Below, piece after piece: positions 1 to 12,600 of a stretch of 64,000 bases of DNA (position 1 is its first letter; each line of letters starts with the position of its first letter). Origin of the DNA: Utricularia gibba (Eukaryota; Plantae; Magnoliophyta); contig NEEC01000023.1 in the NCBI GenBank assembly GCA_002189035.1, forward strand, positions 124,001 through 188,000, written 5' to 3'. A program made the position numbers and the translations under genes. The notes below the pieces were generated by a model. The model did no database searches. It was given only the letters and a program-made list of their open reading frames with translations, and was not told the DNA's origin.

Positions 1-1503
1 TTCAATTAAAGCGCAAGAGGTATGGTTCAGGATCCAGGTTTGTTTTTCTTCTGAAAATTCTATTGATGTGTCGTCTCTATACTCTCACTCTGCCTCCAAG
101 GGGGTCATGGATATGAACATATTACTGAAATTTTTCTTCATTGATCTGTACAATTGATTTTGTTTCGTGTTATAGGCGCGAATTGCTCAAACTAACAGTG
201 AGATCTCAGCACTTGCAACCGCAATGATGGTTCTCAAGGTTTAGTTTGATCTTCTGCTATTTCTCCGAATTACATGAAGGAATGGTCATTTGATGTATGT
301 GCTACTTCCACTGGCTGAATTGATTTTATCTTAACATGTTTCAATGGCCTAGAGCGATGAAAACTCTTCAAGGTAGAGACCTTTTCATGTTTGAGATTTC
401 CGTGAACCAACTACTCATGTATTCAACCTTTGCACTTGCTCCTGCAGAGACAGCTTTATTGTTAAGATGCTGAACTTAAATGCAGAGATTCGGTGAGTTG
501 ATATGGAACTCATTTTCCTTCAGCCAACTCATCATACTCTGTTTTGTAATTACTCTGCTGAGTTTTAACTATTCCATTATCATTTTTAATTTGTTGAAGG
601 AAATTCCATGAGTTTTTCTGCTGTGCCTTCAATCCGACAACAAGCAACAGTAAGCAGCATCCGTATTCACATTTGGCTATAAAGTTCTATGTAGAATTAA
701 AACTCTATGGGCTGCATGAGTAACTACAAATCCTCGTAGTCACTTAAATAGTGTTTTAGTTCATTGATCCTTTTTCAATAGAGCACTCCAGTCGGTTACA
801 TAAGCAGGTAACTGTTACAGACGTTGCATTCAATTTTTGCTAAAATTTTGTACACTCATTATATCCGTATTTGGAGCTTAATATTTCTCTTTTCGGAAGA
901 AAGGTGGCAAAAATGATGGACTTCTAGAGACATATGCTAATGCCAAAGATCCACACTGTAAAGCTGAATTAATAACTCATGATCATGTGAGAAAGCTGTC
1001 TTCATCCTTAATCCTGCTTGATCCATGGGCCTATTTGATTGGAATGCAGAGTGTGCAACATATCTTCCTCTCATTATGCATCTCCTTGAAACATGCATGA
1101 CGTTTATTTTTTGAACAAACCAGGGGCAAACTGCTGACGTTAGTCAGTTACAACAAGAGCTCAGTAGTTTAGAAAAAAGAGTTCAGCTAATGGAGTCCTT
1201 GATGAAAGAGAGCATGGAACTAAATGAACTGAGCCAATATCCTTGGATTTCCCAGTTTTTTTACTAAACTTTCACAGTGTTCAGCTCCCCATTGTGTTTT
1301 CTCATACTGTCATATAATTTTTCCTGACATGAAACAAGCAGATATCTGAGTTGGAAGAAAATTGCGTTGCTTTGGTTGATAAGATGCATACCAACGCATT
1401 GTGCCCACGCTGCCATAAAGATAATTCAGGGGAACTCGGGGTCCTTGAAAAACGAGACGATGATGCGCAAGGCGACCAACATAGTTCAGGTCTTGATGCT
1501 TAG
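1..1503 (+). CDS. SCEP2: Coiled-coil synaptonemal complex central-element protein SCEP2-like (At3g28370 family), 5'-partial, multi-exon
   Basis: Spliced exons (1-19, 176-238, 353-372, 448-492, 600-649, ~904-987, ~1124-1236, 1338-1503) give ...ARIAQTNSEISALATAMMVLKSDENSSRDSFIVKMLNLNAEIRKFHEFF...QISELEENCVALVDKMHTNALCPRCHKDN. This parallels the recalled At3g28370 motifs RDQFISQMVELNKEIR and SELE...C..C..EN. An alternative last exon (1571-1593) is possible. Confidence 0.72.
1237..1337 (+). other. U12-type (minor spliceosome) intron, predicted AT-AA termini
   Basis: 5' splice site ATATCCTT at 1237 and branch-like TTCCTGAC at 1321-1328. Among nearby candidate acceptors, the AA at 1336-1337 restores the conserved frame (LSQ-QISELEE); the nearby AC and AG options do not. 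Confidence 0.7.
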
Positions 1504-3581
1504 AATACTTCACAACACTTGAGACTGCTACCACTGCCTGCTTCCCTTTTATACTTGGTTTTGATTTCAGATCCCATGACTAGGAACATTTAAGGGATTT
1601 ACAACATCACAGACCAAGGTAGCTACAGGTCCCATCTCAAACTACTTAGTTATATGCTAAGCATCAGTTGTTAGTTGTCACTAGTCAGACCATTTCTCAT
1701 ATGCCTTCGATTTTTTTTTTTTTTCCAACAGATTGTGTGATTCATAATATGAGCCTTAGAATTCAGATTCTTCTCCGTTGTAGCTTTAAAAATCTGAAAC
1801 ATCTCAAATGCATCTGATTCGAGATCCAACAGTAATGTAAAGATCATCAATGGAAAAACTTACTACCTCTTAGTGAATTTGTGAAAGTGGTGTCTGTGTC
1901 AGATTCCCTCTCCTTCAGAGATTTGGTAGTCCTCTCATTGTGGCTTTCTGAGACAAGGCATAAATATCTCTGTACTTGGCATCACCAAAAACCTTATGCC
2001 GGCGGTCCACTGAAGCCGCACAACCTAGAGGACTCCAATTGAGACAAAACTCGGGAAGCAGCAAGCAAGTGGCAGTCAATGTACCAAATCAACGATCCGG
2101 GAGCCCTCTCTGCATCAGTCGAGCTGCGACATGTCTGCAGTCTAGCTTAGCTGGTTGATGAGTAGGCTGAAAGGTACTGATGAGCTAGTCAGCCTCCAAC
2201 ATTTTCCACTGACTTTTCTTCATGCAAAACAGAGACGGAGTCAGATTGAATGGGTCTAACCTCTCTGAGGTGTGTGTGACTGGAACCATAGCGAAGCCCC
2301 ACGTCAGCAATGCAGTTGAGTGTGGACATGGGGTTTAAATCATTGAGCAGCGTCGGGGCCTACTTGGTCCCATTTCCATTGATCTCTAGGCCATATAATC
2401 CTTATGCATCCTCATCCTTCACTCCAAACAGAGAAGGGCGAATTGATTCGCAGGAGAGACGGCACGCCGCCCATCCCCTCCGCGGCGGCCGCGGCTGCCG
2501 TTTCTTCTATGATCAATTCGATCTTCTCTTTTGCAGGAGAGCTTCTCGTGTCTCCACTCTGGTGCCATGGCGACAGGTAATTCGCTCGACTGATTGCTGT
2601 CAAGTGTCAATGCACTTTGCTTGCTGTGGTTTCTTTGATTCCTTACACCGACCTCGAGTACCTGTCATGTTTCTCTGTTTCTCGGTCTGAGAACTGCTCT
2701 TAAGATTAACAAGAAGAAGCTGCGATATTCTTGGTTGACCTGAATGAAGTCTTCGTGATTTCGGATATTTTTTCGTGGAGGAGAATATTTATTATTTATT
2801 TATTGTGGGAAGCTATACACATAATATAGTGTGTATAGTGGTATATTAATTATTCAGGTTACGTTCCATCAAGGCATTTATTTATTTAATAATTAATATT
2901 GTAAAGAGCATATATTTTTTAATATTCCAACATAACATACTATTTTTTATTGATGATGATAATTGTATAAGTGCATAAAAATCATCAAAATAATAAATAA
3001 TATCATTTTCAATAATGAAAAAAATGAATAACAAAATGAAAAAGATGTTATTAAATAGTACAGAATAATGGTCTTACATCTAGGTTATATCAATATAGAA
3101 GCTTATTTATATAATTGTGCGTAAATTTGAAGAACGGACTACTTATATCTTAACAATGATATCCAATTGAATCCTTTTTTTAAAATGTTTTAATACAATT
3201 TTGCATTATCCCATGTGCCATTAGAGTTTAATGATAATTAAGAACACATCAATATAAATTGCAGTTCATGCTAAAACACGTCAATGCAATCACTCGCAAA
3301 ATGTTTATCCCATAATTTCACCGAGCGGATAGTGTTTCTCCACTCTTCTAGTTGGTATCAAAGGTGAAGTAGGGATTTTCTGGTAAACAGCAGTTCATTC
3401 CGGCCAAAAGGTAGCGATGATATCCAAGGATTCCAACCGAATCCGATCCACTGTCTCCCGAAACAGCACTACGTCCGGTGAAAAAATCAATTCAAACCAG
3501 AAACATCATCAAAACGAAATCTTATTTCAATCCGCAGGGGCATCGCGCGCAGCATAGCAAGAGCAGAAGAAGTAGTAACCC

Positions 3582-5117
3582 TCATGGCTTGAGAGCCAGA
3601 GCCAACCCAAACTTGGCACCCTTTTCGACAGACTTGGTGTCGATTTCTGTGGAGAGGGTGACGAGCGACTTGGGGCGCCATTCGTGCTGAATCAGTGCAC
3701 TCGCTTTGCCCAGGTTGTTAGCCTTTGCCTTCACAGTGGTCAGCGGGTCCAGCTGGTGCTGGGTGCCGATGGTGATGCTGTTTTCGTTGCTTGAGAAGCT
3801 GTGGCTCACCTCCGCCCAACTGCAGTTTTGGACAATGGGCTCACCTCATGGTAATAAGAGGCGGACAGAGTGTCGCCCTTGTTGTTTCTAGAACCAACGG
3901 ACAGAGGAAGCTTATTGTTACTTTCAACCATGGCGAGTAGAAAGCTTTATCACGGAAAGTACTTACAGTGACAATGAAGCAATAAGATCAGAAGACGAAT
4001 AGGTTGCAGCGAAGTTGTACTTGTTGAACACTCCTTCCTTGGAGTCAAACGCGACATCGCTTCCCAACGCTAATGCATTGCTTCCAACAACACCCGAGAA
4101 GTTGACAATTGGATTGGCAGTCAATCCAACACTCGAGCTTATACCAGCATAATCATTCAGGTATTGGAGTTCCAACTGCAAGAAATACAGCCGGTGAGGA
4201 ATAGACCACGATAGAAACGTATATCGTGAGAAAACATACACAAATTTACTTACCTTTCCGGACCTTTGGTCTGGAACTCTGAAGGTGAAGATGGCTTTCA
4301 CTCCAGGTGCCGGCTCATTGACAGTGACAGTAGTAAAAAGCTGGAGAACAAAGTCTTCACAAAATCAGTTGTTCATCTCAAAAGGAAATATAGCATTTCA
4401 CCAAAAGCAGCAGCCCCATAACTAGGTGAACATGTATAGCATTCCTTCCGGTACCAGATAATAACAAAAACAGCAAACCAGAATGGTACAAGTGCAGCCA
4501 AAAAATGCAGGAAAATCATAACGCAAACGCATTCCAAAAAATGCACGAAAATAGGTGGAAGAAGGTATACATACATTTGAGCTCGTGTCCACTTTTATGT
4601 CTGTGGTGACATTCTTGTTCTTCAGTTGGGTAGTGATATCAGCGAGAAACAAACCATCTTTCTTCGTCCCATTAGAAGTGAGAGTCTGTAAAGAGAAGTT
4701 AAATAATCAGATAGCATTCAGGTCACGCAGGCGAGCAAACAAATCGATAAACAATTACTGTAATCCTAAAACAATACCCTGCAACACAGGTATTACCAGA
4801 GAAAACCACAAACAAAAAAAATCCACACATCCGAATAAGAACAAAAACAATCGACAAACAGAAAGGTAAAAGACGCTCACAACTCCCGTGGGCGAGTAAG
4901 TGGTGATAGTGAATTTCTGGTCGCTGCTGTAATCCTTGTTAAGAAGATCTACAAGCGATTACACATCAGAATCTGATCCCATTTCAGCCAAAAAAAAAAA
5001 AAAAACGCACACACACCACCGAACTACCCAAAACAATAATCAGAATCAACAAAACAAAGACAGCGCACCTCGTGCCCTCTTTCCGATATCGGCGTACAAT
5101 CCCGGACCCTTCCCCAT
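3582..5117 (-). CDS. VDAC: Mitochondrial outer membrane porin (VDAC), 6 exons
   Basis: [23 protein letters not shown]... through ...[17 protein letters not shown]; GT-AG introns. Confidence 0.97.
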
Positions 5118-5453
5118 GGCTTGAGAATGGCGTAGAAGCAGGCCGGCGGTGCGAGCGAGATATAAATAGCGGTGCGAGAGACAGCCCTAGTTCTTCTTTT
5201 TCCTTTTTACCATTTCTTGCAGAAGGAATTAAGAATGTGGACCGTTGATTGGGAAGCGATCGCATCGGGGACGGTTCAAAGAATTTTCAAACCAGGGTAG
5301 CGCTGCCCATGACATGGGGGTATTTTGGGAAACACACGTTAAAAATATTAAATGTATTTATTTGCAATAATTAAGAGCTTATTAGGCTATCCCTCCCTCC
5401 CTGCCCGCCATCCAAGCACAGGAGTCCTTGTTGGGTTTACTTTTGTTCAAAAT

Positions 5454-5864
5454 TAGAGATGTCAATAGGTCCGGGTCTACCCGGACCCGAACCGAAACCG
5501 ACCCGGGGTTCGGTTTAGGGTTCAAATTATTTGACCTGTAGAATCCGAACCAGAACCGATATATAAATATTTTTAAAATATTAATAAAATTTAATTTTTT
5601 TTATGAACTTAATAATTAACATATTTTTAATTCCAATTCATCCTTTTAACTTTTAAAATTATTATAGTGAAAATTTTAAAAGTATGCTTTTCAAATCATA
5701 TTTAAATTTCTATTAAAATCGAAACTGAATTCATTGGGTGTTGGTTTCGGGTTCGGGTTCGGGTCCTTGCCAGGTTCGGTTCGGGTTTGGGCCCAACAGA
5801 GGTTCCTTGGGTCGGGTTCAATTTTGAGAGTACCCGGACCAAACCCGGCCCATTGGCATCTCTA
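5454..5864. mobile_element. Non-autonomous hAT-family MITE (411 bp)
   Basis: Terminal inverted repeats TAGAGATGTCAAT / ATTGGCATCTCTA (12/13 match). Perfect 8-bp target-site duplication TTCAAAAT at 5446-5453 and 5865-5872. Subterminal CCGAAC/CCCGG repeats, AT-rich core, no transposase ORF. Confidence 0.93.
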
Positions 5865-7972
5865 TTCAAAATCATTCTCATACTACCATTAATTTCCATC
5901 TATGAAAACAGCACACGTGTCCATGTGTTTTAAATCATGAAAAAAAATTATAAATGAGTCATTTTTTAATAAATATCTTCATTATAAAAAAATATCAAAC
6001 TCATGATTGAATTATAGTTGAAGTATACATCATAATCCAAAATGGTTTAATTGTATGTTTTTAAAGCATTGAACCTAGCGTCAAATGCTTCATTTTTCAA
6101 CTTCTTTTTACTTGGTGGGAGTAAAATTGTATAATGCATTCGCATTTGGGAAAGTCTCACTCCATGGTGTTTTTAGATGACAAAAATCATTGTGTATTGC
6201 ATATGGTCCATGTCTTACCATATGTTGATAGTAAGATGTAGAAGATCCCCATGTTTGGAAGCAAAATGTACTCTTGCCTTTTCATCTGCAATCACCCCCT
6301 GTGACTCCAAGTGGAGCCATCACTGACATTTCATCATCAGAGCAAGCTCTTTTAGGAGCTTGAGATGCATGGAATAACACAGGAGCCCTTAGCTTGTCTT
6401 CTCTTATCTAGTGATATCTCATTCCTGTATGTGTGTAATTGGGTGCTTACCCAAACCCAAAGGCTACTGAAATTTGAGATCTTTTTCTGCTGTTGATTTT
6501 TGGTCTTCCTTCTTTGAGTCACATAATTGAAGTTGTTTTTCTCCCTTTTAAGTTGAGCTCCAAGATCTGATCCCCTTCACTGCAACCATATGCTAGGTAT
6601 TACATAGAACCTTCAGAGACCAATGAACCTCAAATTTGGTAGAAATTTTTGTAAGCACAGAGCTTCTTTTTCAGATTCAGTTGATGTCATATGCATTACT
6701 TCCGTAGAAGAAAGTGCAACTCCAACTCATTTTTGAAATGAAGACATCCACGCCAAGCAACTCCTCTCCTACTCCTAACATGGTGATGAGTCATGCCGTT
6801 GACCTCCTACAACCACTTCTCTCTCCAAATCCTCAACATCATGCCAGAACTTGGATATGGCACTCTCAGAGTTAACCGGCGAGGATGAATGATCCTAGTC
6901 AACGCCTTAGTTTGTTACGCTCAAATAGGCGTGGTATCAAGAATCAACAGGATGAGGGTGCTTGACTATTCATGTTCACCTAGCAAAGGGGAAGCTCATG
7001 AATGGAAACGAATGATTCATTTGGATATCCCAAACGAAGCCCATTGAAGCATCTGAAATCATGACACTGACATGCAATCATGAGCTCTGGTTTATGCTTA
7101 GATTTTTCCTTCTTTTGCTTGTTCAAGGTTCAGCCAGATCCCAACCGTTGTCCGGCCATCAAAACACTGGCCACAAGAAGAAAAGCAAATTGATTATGAG
7201 ACGATGGGAATTTTTGTTCCAGAAAGGATTGCAGCATGGCTTGGCATCAGATTCGTTAAAGGAGAGAGCAGGTAATTATGGTTGTTAGAAAACTGTGATA
7301 ATGTAATAAATCATCATAATGAACATTAGAACAAGGTAGTAGCAGTCAACTGTGGATGAAATCAAGCGGCAATCTTCGGATTTTCCAAGGAAAATCTTGA
7401 AAAATAAAGTAATATTAACGGAAAGTGATCAAGAGAAGCCCGGTTTGCAGCAGTTGACTTGTGGAAGCCCCTACCAATGTTGACGTATGGAAAAGATTAC
7501 TGCAGCAGTTTGCAACAGTAATCTTGAAAAAACTCGTGACAAAACCCATTTTCTTTCTACTCCATAAAGTCGTAGGTTGTAGTTGAATTGTGAGTTATGA
7601 CCATGAGCTCTTTTTTCCACTGCGTTTGGATGATACTAGGAAAAGTTAATCACTAAACCACCCGAGCTTGGGGTTTTCTCCATTTCTTGATTCAAACTTG
7701 CATGTGAGTGTTGTTCTTCTTTTATGGATGATGGTTCGTGAATGAAACTGATCATGGTTGTCTGTTCCTGATTTTGGATGCTCAAGATTCTGGGTGCTTG
7801 TCAAAATCCTTTTCCTCCCCTTTTTGCATGGTGACTTTGGAGGGTGTTGATGAAACCAAGGGGGGTCTGTTATTTGTTATAAAACTTTGATCATCAAAGA
7901 GATATTTCTGTTTGCTCTTGTAGGAGTGCTGTTTCGGTTAACATATGTGAGTGAGTGTTTGGATGTGAAACT

Positions 7973-10900
7973 ATGAGTGTGAAGAGAAAGGTTGGCAAGT
8001 ATGAACTTGGAAGGACAATTGGAGAAGGCACTTTTGCTAAAGTTAAGGTCGCACACAACACGGAGACTGGTCAAAGTGTGGCCATCAAAGTCCTGGCCAA
8101 GAGTACTATTCTCAAGCATAAAATGGTGGATCAGGTAATCAACTTTATTTTGTACTAGTTGCTACTGCTTCTAGTTTCTGTGGTTTATCTCCTTGTGGAT
8201 GATGAATCAAATCTATGGTCCATGCATATCCTTGGATGTGCCATTGGGAGTGGTGCCTATTCATTACTTCTCGTTTGCATATCCTTGGATGAGCTTCTTT
8301 TGTTGGTTTTCAGATAAAACGAGAGATCTCCATAATGAAGATTGTAAGACATCCTTGCATAGTCAGCTTGCATGAGGTACAATCAAGTTGCATACTTTCT
8401 TCGTTTCAAAGAGATTTTCATTGGTTTCCCTTGCTCCCCTGAAGAAATCGTTTTTTTTCTTGCAGGTTCTATCCAGTCATACACGGATATATATAGTTCT
8501 GGAGTATGTGGCTGGAGGAGAACTTTTCGACAGGATTGTAAGAGTTCAATGGTTGCATGATTAATGAACTATTGGGAACTGATTTATAATGTGCTGATCT
8601 ATTGGGTGTTCAGGTCCACCAACACAAGCTTTCAGAAAACGAGTCAAGAAAATATTTTCAACAACTTATTGATGCAGTTTCTCATTGCCATAGCAAGGGT
8701 GTGTATCACCGTGACTTGAAGGTGGGTGGAAGGTGTATTTGCCATGAACAAGATAGGATGTAGACTGTATTACTACTTCTCTCATTGTTGATATTTCAAC
8801 AAATTTATACTGTGATTCTGGAAATGTAAATGTAGCCCGAAAATCTGCTGCTTGATGACAAAGGAAACTTGAAGGTTTCAGATTTTGGACTTAGTGCACT
8901 GCCTCAACAAGTAAGCATATTTTCTTGCCAAACAGTCCTCCTCTTAGTTATTTGGTACATTGTCTTTCATTATTGCTCATCTCATCACTTTCTACTTTTT
9001 CAGGGCATTGATCTTCTTCACACCATCTGTGGAACTCCAAATTATGTTGCACCTGAGGTAAGCGTGTAAGACGTTATGTGGAAAATGGAAAACATACAGT
9101 TCAAAGTTTGCTCAAAAAAATAAATATACATTGTTACGGTACTCCTTTTAATCTTGATGCCTTTAGGTTCTAAGCAACCAAGGTTATGATGGTGCTGCTG
9201 CAGATATTTGGTCTTGTGGTGTGATCCTATATGTTGTAATGGCTGGATATCTGCCATTTGATGGAGATGATCTACCCTCATTGTATAAAAAGGTTATTTA
9301 CCTGGCCTTGCTTTGATTTACTGTGAGGAAAATGGTAGAAGTGAATAGTAATGTCAATGATAGAGATAGAAAATGTTCATTCTGTGTTTGTGATTCTGTT
9401 ACATGTTGATTTTTGTGATCATGTATGATGTTCACTGGTCTTTGAAAGCCAGTACAACTGCTTAATATGCTTTATGTCATTCTGATTCCTGATAGTTCTC
9501 ATCTTGGTTTCTTTCTTTGGTGTATAGATCAGCACAGCCGAGTTTTCATGCCCATATTGGTTTTCACCAGATGCGGCATCATTAATATGTAAAATTCTCA
9601 ACCCAAGCCCGGAGAGTGTAAGTTCACGTGCAAGCTCTTTTCCTTGTTCAGAAATTACTGTGATCAGTTTTCTTCATCTCTGCAATTGTCTCCCCTTCTC
9701 TTTGTGCTTCATATGACTTATCCCACCTAGTGGGGAAAAGGATGAAGGTGCTGTTTTTTTTGTTTCTCCTTGTGAATTGCTTGAGAATTATGGGAAACAT
9801 GACCCCCAGAAAGATAGGAGCTCCCTATTTAAATTCTAAAGTTCCATAGTAGTTGTTTGATACTTCAGTTGGCTGCTATTTTATTTACTTATTTTTGCAT
9901 GCATCTTCGTTTTCTGTTTTCAAAATGGACATGTCCCTCTTGTTTCTACAGCGAATAAAAATGGAAGACATAAAAAGACATCCATGGTTCCAAAAAGGTT
10001 ATGTCCCTGTTACACCTAGCAAAGATGAAGAAGTGGATCTGGATGATGTTTCTGCTGTTTTTAACGACATTGAGGTAGTGTTTTTTGCTTTCTATTTATT
10101 CAAACCAAATGAATGTGCTTCTTGAAGGTTGACTGTTGCTACTATGTTCATGATCCTGCTCTTCATCCTCATAGTAATACTACTGCTGCCTCTTTGAAAG
10201 CGCAGGACAAATATGTAACAGAAGAACGCTGTAGGAATGATGATGGCCCATTAATCATGAATGCATTTGAGATGATTACTCTTTCTCAAGGGTTGAATTT
10301 ATCTCCTTTGTTTGACAAGGGTCAGGTGAATGGATACAGTTTTGTTCCCAAAATATATCAGAACATATTTTGTTCTATTGTGAGTGTGTTTCAGCATTAG
10401 AGAAGTCTCTGCTTCCTGGTGATGGATGTCTGAAAATCCTTGTACATTTATGCTACTGAAACTCGTGTGCAACTTCCAGGATCATGCTAAGTGGCATACC
10501 CGTTTTGTTTCCCGTCAACCTGCAAAGGATATAATCGCATCAGTAGAAGCAGCTGCAGAGTCAATGGGACTCAAGGCGCACACAAAGAACTACAAGGTTC
10601 ATTTTTGTTTCATTCCAGCAAAAATAGCATGCTTCAACACTCCATATTGTTCCTTTTATGAGACATGTTCCAAATTTCGTTTCAACAGACAAGACTTGAA
10701 CGTGTATCAGTGAATAAAATTGGACAATTTGCTGTTGTTCTGGAGGTAAACACACAGAATCTCAGTTCATGCATGCTGGCTGGCTTGGCTGTTGTGATCC
10801 CAAGTCATGATTGCAGGTCTTCAACGTTGCTCCAACTCTTTTCATGGTGGATGTCCGCAAGGCAGCTGGGGATACACTGGAGTATCACAAAGTCACCCCC

Positions 10901-11077
10901 CTAATCCATCATTCCAGCACAGTAATCACCACATGCCAACACACTAACTCCTCTTGCTTTTTTTTTTTTTTTTGGCTGCAGTTCTACAAGAACTTCTGTG
11001 CTAAGATCGACAACCTCATGTGGAGGCCGACGGGATGCTCCTCAGAGTCCAGCATGTTTGGAAAGATGGCTCAATGA
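7973..11077 (+). CDS. CIPK24: CBL-interacting Ser/Thr kinase, SOS2/CIPK24-like, 14 coding exons
   Basis: [55 protein letters not shown] motif [19 protein letters not shown], and SOS2-type C-terminus [16 protein letters not shown]. Confidence 0.93.
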
Positions 11078-12600
11078 ATAACTCAGTGTCCAAAAGCATT
11101 CAACTCTTTTCCTTTTCTTCTCCATTTGATATCCAAGATGATGGAAGAAAGGTTGCTGAAATCTGGGTAGTTTCTGGTGTGCTGCGGTATAGCAGTGAGC
11201 AACATATGAATGCTATGTATGTGCAAATATGAGTTATAGTGCTAGTGTTACAGCCATCTGGTGTCAGTGTCCGATATGATCCAACAGCCGTGTCCCCGTG
11301 TCCGATGCAGGATCATCTTTCATAAGATTGTAATGAGAAGTGAAGCCTCAACCTCAAACTCAAGTCTGTTGAAATTAAGTATCCGAACAATTGGTCTATA
11401 ATTCGAACATTACCTACAATCATAAAAAAGACGAATTTTAATTGAAATGTTAACATTGTAAGTTATACCTTTCTACATCCTATCCAAATATTTATTGCAT
11501 ATTATAATCATGTGTACTTTTTAATATAAAATTTGTTATTAATAACTTCCTACTACTACCAACTTTTGCTCACTCTAATCAACTTGTGCACAACTGCTGA
11601 GTATGGTAGATTGTAATATTCTAACATGAGAAAATTTTCACACTAATTTATTAAAATATTCTTAATGTTGAAATTTTCCCATGAATTCAGTCTATTTTAT
11701 CAAGCTTTTGTGCATCACCATGAAAGAAATGAGTAAAGTTTGATTTACAGCATTTGGAAAGATGGTTTTTGATTTGGATCCCTAACTTGGCGGCCATTAA
11801 ATGGGTAACATGAGCAACAATGGAGGTGCCGCCAAGATGAGGATAGGTGCCACAAATGAAAGGTGAGGTGTTTAATTAACGAGTTGACGACGAGGAGGAG
11901 GTAGCTTTGTAGGGGTGATGAAACCAAACCCACATTGGGCGTTGCATTATTTAATGTTTGTTGTTTTAGTATTTAACTGTCTCGCTGCGTTCTGAGCTCT
12001 AGAACGAATACCCCACAATCACAAGATACGAAAGCTCTAGTCTTTTTCCTTCCCTCTACGGACTAGAAAGCACAGGCATTGTGGGTTTCCTTGTTTGATA
12101 ACGTCGACTGGTCATGAATCACGTATTTGTAAGTGGTTTGCTGTTTTGGAATGGAACGAGTTACTTTGTTTGGATTCCATTTCATTGTACTGTTGTGTAT
12201 TCTGGGAAGCATTCCTGGGATCTGCTATTCTCTCTGCTTTCCTTCATTGTTTGGTATTGTTCTCATGATATGTCGTTTTATCGTTTTTTGCAAGTTCCTT
12301 TTTTGTGTGTGCGTGATCACTTCTATACCAACATTTCTTTTTGTGGTTGCGTTCTGCATGTCTGGTTCGATTTGTGCAAATTCATTCCATGTTACCATCC
12401 ATGTGTCTGCTTTGCAGCTTGCACCTGTAGTCTATCATAGTTCTTGCAAATTATGATGATCTTCTATTTTGCTTTCAAATTGTTTTCGTTTCATGTATCT
12501 TCTGGCTTCGAGTTACCTATTCATGTCGTGACTGTTGGGTTTTGTTGTCAGCCATTTTAGATAGAATAAGCAGCGGCGTTGTTCACTCAACAAGAACACC

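Noticed and set aside
2150-2200. CTGATGA and GAAA motifs in a small hairpin, suggesting a hammerhead ribozyme or C/D snoRNA
   Set aside because: Motif order and three-stem architecture do not fit a hammerhead; the box C matches are imperfect and I recognised no rRNA guide.
8224-8291. Two ATATCCTT motifs (15-bp direct repeat GCATATCCTTGGATG) in CIPK24 intron 1
   Set aside because: The canonical GT-AG intron already gives the SOS2-collinear protein; no matching U12 branch or acceptor was found. A small local duplication.
11265-11305. Repeated GTGTCC motifs in the CIPK24 3' region
   Set aside because: Possibly a decayed MITE subterminal region, but there are no boundaries or target-site duplication to support a call.
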